Positions 60,058-64,000 of a stretch of 64,000 bases of DNA are shown here, piece after piece. Below the pieces are notes generated by a model. That model made no database searches. It saw only the letters and a program-made list of their open reading frames with translations, and was not told the DNA's origin. The stretch lies in IMG/VR virus record IMGVR_UViG_3300013132_000038, one strand, 5' to 3'. Source of the stretch: an uncultured virus (IMG/VR IMGVR_UViG_3300013132_000038) (lineage: Duplodnaviria > Heunggongvirae > Uroviricota > Caudoviricetes). Within the stretch, counting starts at the first letter, position 1; every line of letters starts with the position of its first letter. The translations under genes and the position numbers were made by a program.

Positions 60058-62376
60058 ATGGAAAAAAATATTAATCCAGAGATCAATAGATTAAATATGG
60101 AGACTTCTAGAAACGCAGCAGATTCTCTTAGAGAATGGGCTGGTTTAGGATCAGAAAAAAAACCTGTTGCATCTACTTTCCTTGGCGGATCAACAGCTCA
60201 AATGCTTAAAGAATCGCAAAACTTTGATATTTCAGGACGATCTAAAAGTAACGTTGTTTTTAGTTTTGGACTAATCAATACTGTTTCTGCCTTAAAAAAT
60301 TCTTCATTAGGGGATCTTCCTGCAGGTAAGATCCTTCTCGAAAAATATGAGCACCTATTATTAGGAAAAGGTATTTCAGAAGCTTTTATAATTGAAGGAC
60401 TTTTAAATGATCTTAAATCTTTCTCCTGGGAAAATTCAGTAGCTCCAGTTTTAGAAAATTTAGAAAGGATCTTTGAAAACAGAAGAAGAGAAATAGAGGT
60501 TGTTAAAGCATACGAATCTATTAAAAATGCACCAGGAAGAGAACTTTTTTCTGATGCTACTGGGCAAATGAAAAATTGGTTACTTGCAGAGAACAAATCA
60601 AGCGATACTCTTATACATGGACTTAAAAGCTTTGGATTTAATCCAATGGTTAGAAATTTAGTTAGCTTTTTATCTCTTTATGAAAACGATAACAGCGGTA
60701 AATTCCATGTGGGATTTGATAATAATGTTTGTAAAATAGATAATCTTTACTCGCCAATATCAGTTAGTGAAAGCGAAACATTATTTTATTCTTCTGGTAA
60801 ATTTTTAAAGATAGAACACGAATCGGGAATTATCCAAGAATGTAACATTGACGAGATCCCAGACGAACTTGCAGATAAGGCTCAAATAGTTAGCGATAGA
60901 GACGTAAAAATTGAAGACAATAAGATTTCATTAAACATTGGAAACAACAAGGTAGAGATCACATTTACAAACGAATCTAAAGAGATTTATTTTGATGGTA
61001 AAAGAATAAACGAAGAGGATCTTCCAGTTGCAGTTAGTGTTAGTACTAACAATCTTTTAGAAAGCTCTAATCATAAGATTAATAAAGCAGTTTTCGTAGC
61101 TAAATCTGCTGAGGAAATCGTTGATATAGATTTTGGTAAAAAAATAAGATCTAAAGTATACGAAAACGTAGAGGTTAATCTATTTAAAACAGAAGCTGGT
61201 ATTTATGTTCAAACTGTTAATCCAGCTATGAGATTAAATAAAATCTACGAGGCAAATGCAACTCAAGCAATTAAAATTGTTAAGGATTTTATTAAATATG
61301 ACATCTCTGAATCTTTAACAGAATTCTTAGAAGGAGAACAAGCTTTCTTAAGCGTAATGAAAAACGACAAGAACGAGATAGTTAAAAACGTAGAGATTCT
61401 AGAAAACCAGCTTAGAAAATTAGATATAGCTAAAAGAGAAAATCCTTTACTTGCTAACTCAGAAGAACTTATCACATTAGAAGAAGGTATTCATAATGAG
61501 ATTTCAGCTCTTCAAGACAGATGGAATCAAATTAACCTTGAGATCTCTAGATTTGAAAACAGAGCAAAAGAGGTTCCTTCGGTTAATGAAGATTTAGGTT
61601 ATCCAATCGATACTGAGGTTAGAATTAAAAGAAACGGAAATAAAGGAAGAGTGATTGGAGTAGACGGAAGCTCTAAAACTTATACTATTCTTTTTAAGGA
61701 AGGTAAAACTGGAGAATACTTTTTCTCCGATGTAGAAGACTTAGACGATGAGATTGACCGATATGACATTAAAGCACCAGATCTTGATTTAGAATACACT
61801 AACGAGTCTAATCAAAACTTTGCTAATGCTCCAGGCAACAGAGGCGGATCACACAAAGATTCTAGAATAGAAGCTCTTTCCAAAAAACACATGGCACATG
61901 CTCCAGACAAAAAAACTGGATCTTCGTCTAAGTTTATAAACAACGAGAAAGGAACTATGGCAGGTTTACCTAAGAGTGGTAAATCAGCTCCATTAACAGG
62001 AAGAGGAGTTAATTCTAAATCTGCTAATATGGCAGATCTTCCTAGCAAAGGAAAAGGAGGAAGCGGTAAAAAATTCATAGACAATCTAGAAAATTTAGAT
62101 CTTGCTAAAGCACCGAGTGCTTCTTTAAAAGGGTCTGCTAAATTTATTCAGGATCTTAAGAATATGAATTTAGCTACTCTTAAGGAGAGCCAAAAGAATT
62201 CACACGTAGAAAAGGCACCTAAAGGTAAATCTGAAAAGTCTAAGAAATTTATCGAAGACGAAGACGATTTTAACTTTGCAGATGCTCACGGAAACAGCAA
62301 AAAGAATGGAAAAAGATTTGCAGAAAATGACAAAGTAGCAAATCTTTCATCTGCACCGAAGACAAAAAAAAAGTAA
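60058..62376 (+). CDS. large late (head-associated?) protein with basic repetitive C-terminus
   Basis: 772 aa; GATATATA at 60031; repeated N/D-(F/M/L)A.(A/L)P motifs. Confidence 0.6.
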   Translation: MEKNINPEINRLNMETSRNAADSLREWAGLGSEKKPVASTFLGGSTAQMLKESQNFDISGRSKSNVVFSFGLINTVSALKNSSLGDLPAGKILLEKYEHLLLGKGISEAFIIEGLLNDLKSFSWENSVAPVLENLERIFENRRREIEVVKAYESIKNAPGRELFSDATGQMKNWLLAENKSSDTLIHGLKSFGFNPMVRNLVSFLSLYENDNSGKFHVGFDNNVCKIDNLYSPISVSESETLFYSSGKFLKIEHESGIIQECNIDEIPDELADKAQIVSDRDVKIEDNKISLNIGNNKVEITFTNESKEIYFDGKRINEEDLPVAVSVSTNNLLESSNHKINKAVFVAKSAEEIVDIDFGKKIRSKVYENVEVNLFKTEAGIYVQTVNPAMRLNKIYEANATQAIKIVKDFIKYDISESLTEFLEGEQAFLSVMKNDKNEIVKNVEILENQLRKLDIAKRENPLLANSEELITLEEGIHNEISALQDRWNQINLEISRFENRAKEVPSVNEDLGYPIDTEVRIKRNGNKGRVIGVDGSSKTYTILFKEGKTGEYFFSDVEDLDDEIDRYDIKAPDLDLEYTNESNQNFANAPGNRGGSHKDSRIEALSKKHMAHAPDKKTGSSSKFINNEKGTMAGLPKSGKSAPLTGRGVNSKSANMADLPSKGKGGSGKKFIDNLENLDLAKAPSASLKGSAKFIQDLKNMNLATLKESQKNSHVEKAPKGKSEKSKKFIEDEDDFNFADAHGNSKKNGKRFAENDKVANLSSAPKTKKK

Positions 62377-62624
62377 ATAGACAATCAATAAGTGAGTCTA
62401 TTGCCAAAGACCCAGACGAGGGAGTTGGTAATAGACTCAATTTTGTTTTAGATGATTTGAAAAATTGTCTGGAAAAAATAAAAGAATTAGAAACTTCTAG
62501 TGAAGAAAACGGTAAGATAGGTATAGACACAATTAGAAATTCGAGGAAAAATTTGGAAGAATTAAGGGTTAATTTAGAACAACAAATAGAAAAGCTCCAA
62601 AATAATATCCCCGAACAAGAATGA
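62373..62624 (+). CDS. -1 frameshift extension (83 codons) of 60058..62376
   Basis: Open -1 frame lacking ATG, begins at the A9-G slippery run and ends overlapping the next ATG (ATGA). Confidence 0.6.
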   Translation, partial: VNRQSISESIAKDPDEGVGNRLNFVLDDLKNCLEKIKELETSSEENGKIGIDTIRNSRKNLEELRVNLEQQIEKLQNNIPEQE

Positions 62625-62977
62625 TATACGTAAAAAACAAAGAGCTAAAAAGAGCTCTTCTTGAAAGCAAAGAAAAAGGTCAATTAACTGACGAGACCGT
62701 TAAAATGTTTACTCTTATAGTAAACGGTATGTCCAAGACACATTCCTATAGAGATAACGAAGACAGAGAAGATTGTATATCTTCCGGACTAGAAGACTTA
62801 GTTAAATACTGGAATCGCTATGATCCCGCTAAATCTGATAATCCTTTTGCCTTTATATCTCAGATAGCACACAATGGAATGAAGAAGGGATGGAAAAAAA
62901 TACATCCGCCAAAATCACCTAAGACTATTCCATTTTCGAGAATAGTTAAGGAAGAGAATTCCAATTATAATGTATAA
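62621..62977 (+). CDS. late sigma factor (T4 gp55-like, short)
   Basis: YVKNKEL, DREDCIS, YDPAKSDNPFAFISQI. Confidence 0.75.
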   Translation: MIYVKNKELKRALLESKEKGQLTDETVKMFTLIVNGMSKTHSYRDNEDREDCISSGLEDLVKYWNRYDPAKSDNPFAFISQIAHNGMKKGWKKIHPPKSPKTIPFSRIVKEENSNYNV

Positions 62978-62979
62978 GT

Positions 62980-63465
62980 GTGGATATAAAAAAGCTAAAG
63001 CCCAACGGTAAATGGGATTCTGGTAAATATTCTCCAGTTAATCCGGAAAAATATATTGGGGATATACATAGTATAATTTATAGAAGCTCTTGGGAAAGAA
63101 AGTTTTGTCAGTATTGCGACATTAATCCAAACATAACTAAATGGAGTTCAGAGCCCACTAGTATTCCGTATTGGTCTCCTATCGACAAGAAAGAGCACAA
63201 ATATTTTGTAGATTATTACATTCAAGTAAAAAAAGAGGATGTATTTGAAAACTGGTTAATTGAAATAAAGCCAGAGGACCAATATGCTCTACATAAGAGA
63301 CCTAAAGAACCAGTAGGAAATCTAACAGAGAAAAAAATAAGGTCTTATAACGATAAACTTAAAACCTGGATAACAAATAGGGCTAAGTTTGAAGCGGCAA
63401 CAAGATTTGCTGAATCTAGAGGATATAAATTTGGGGCTATCAACGAAAGCTTTATATTGAGATGA
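62980..63465 (+). CDS. head completion nuclease (gp4-like, TnsA fold)
   Basis: NPEKYIGD, IYRSSWE, WSSEP, YFVDY, IEIKP, NRAKFEAA. Confidence 0.88.
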   Translation: MDIKKLKPNGKWDSGKYSPVNPEKYIGDIHSIIYRSSWERKFCQYCDINPNITKWSSEPTSIPYWSPIDKKEHKYFVDYYIQVKKEDVFENWLIEIKPEDQYALHKRPKEPVGNLTEKKIRSYNDKLKTWITNRAKFEAATRFAESRGYKFGAINESFILR

Positions 63466-64000
63466 TGCAGCCATTTAGAAAAAGCTTCGAGGAATATAAA
63501 CTTTCAGTTTCAGGTTTATCCTCTCTCCGGGAAGAAGCTTTTATGCACTGGGTAAAAAATTACATCAATAAGAATTCACAGTTTAATCCCCTAAATTTTT
63601 TACAAGGAAAAGTTTACTCCTTTGCTTATAATGATAAATTAGAACATGGAAAAAAATTCATAAACAAAAGACCTGTAATTTTTTTTACAGGATATGATAA
63701 TTATGAGAAAAAAAATCTATTCAATGGACTAGATCTTGTTTTAATCTCCCCTATTTTTAGACTATCTTTTTTTGAAAGACTGCAAAGTGTATTCCATGAT
63801 CAGATAGAAAGAAACTTAAAAAAAGAAGAAAATGGGGAGGGAAGAGATCAAGTTCCACTTAGGACGGAGTATCAAATAATGGAAACAATCCTTAAGGGTA
63901 TTCCCTATAAACATGCCTACAGATCATGGGATTTAAAAAAAGTTAGGGATGTTATGGAAATTCCTTTTGAAGATTGGACTAGAATAGTATATCTGGATAC
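63462..64000 (+). CDS. DNA end protector (gp2-like), truncated by window end
   Basis: ORF from ATG 63462 open to the end; GKVYSFAY, RPVIFF, NGLDL...SP. Confidence 0.55.
   Translation, partial: MMQPFRKSFEEYKLSVSGLSSLREEAFMHWVKNYINKNSQFNPLNFLQGKVYSFAYNDKLEHGKKFINKRPVIFFTGYDNYEKKNLFNGLDLVLISPIFRLSFFERLQSVFHDQIERNLKKEENGEGRDQVPLRTEYQIMETILKGIPYKHAYRSWDLKKVRDVMEIPFEDWTRIVYLD

Noticed and set aside
1..64000. Stop-codon reassignment
   Set aside because: Core genes are intact in the standard code, all three stops are used, and no suppressor tRNA was found

Overview
The window is a segment of a large, AT-rich T4-like (myovirus/jumbo) phage genome read in the standard code. TAnnTTTG promoters and A-rich starts without Shine-Dalgarno sequences point to a Bacteroidota host (inference). 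The first ~34 kb is accessory: nucleotide metabolism (ThyA, a second ThyA-fold enzyme with a dCMP-type Asp, GMP reductase/IMPDH), RNA-repair-type genes, a Ro60/TROVE gene preceded by three Y-RNA-like repeats, and two tRNA arrays with homing endonucleases. The last ~30 kb is core: UvsX, helicase, gp47/gp46, neck, terminase, sheath, two tube genes, baseplate hub, two sigma factors, gp4 and gp2. Main discovery candidate: each tRNA array is preceded by a host-type promoter, a short leader peptide rich in codons read by that array's tRNAs, an antiterminator/terminator pair and a boxA-like element. This looks like ribosome-mediated attenuation that releases phage tRNAs when host tRNAs run short. Other candidates are a Ro60 plus triple Y RNA locus, several non-canonical tRNA-like RNAs, a -1 frameshift at A-AAA-AAG in a large virion gene, a likely +1 frameshift after the hub gene, and a shared N-terminal capsid-targeting-like motif on many late proteins. 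All calls come from reading the sequence by eye; no searches were run.
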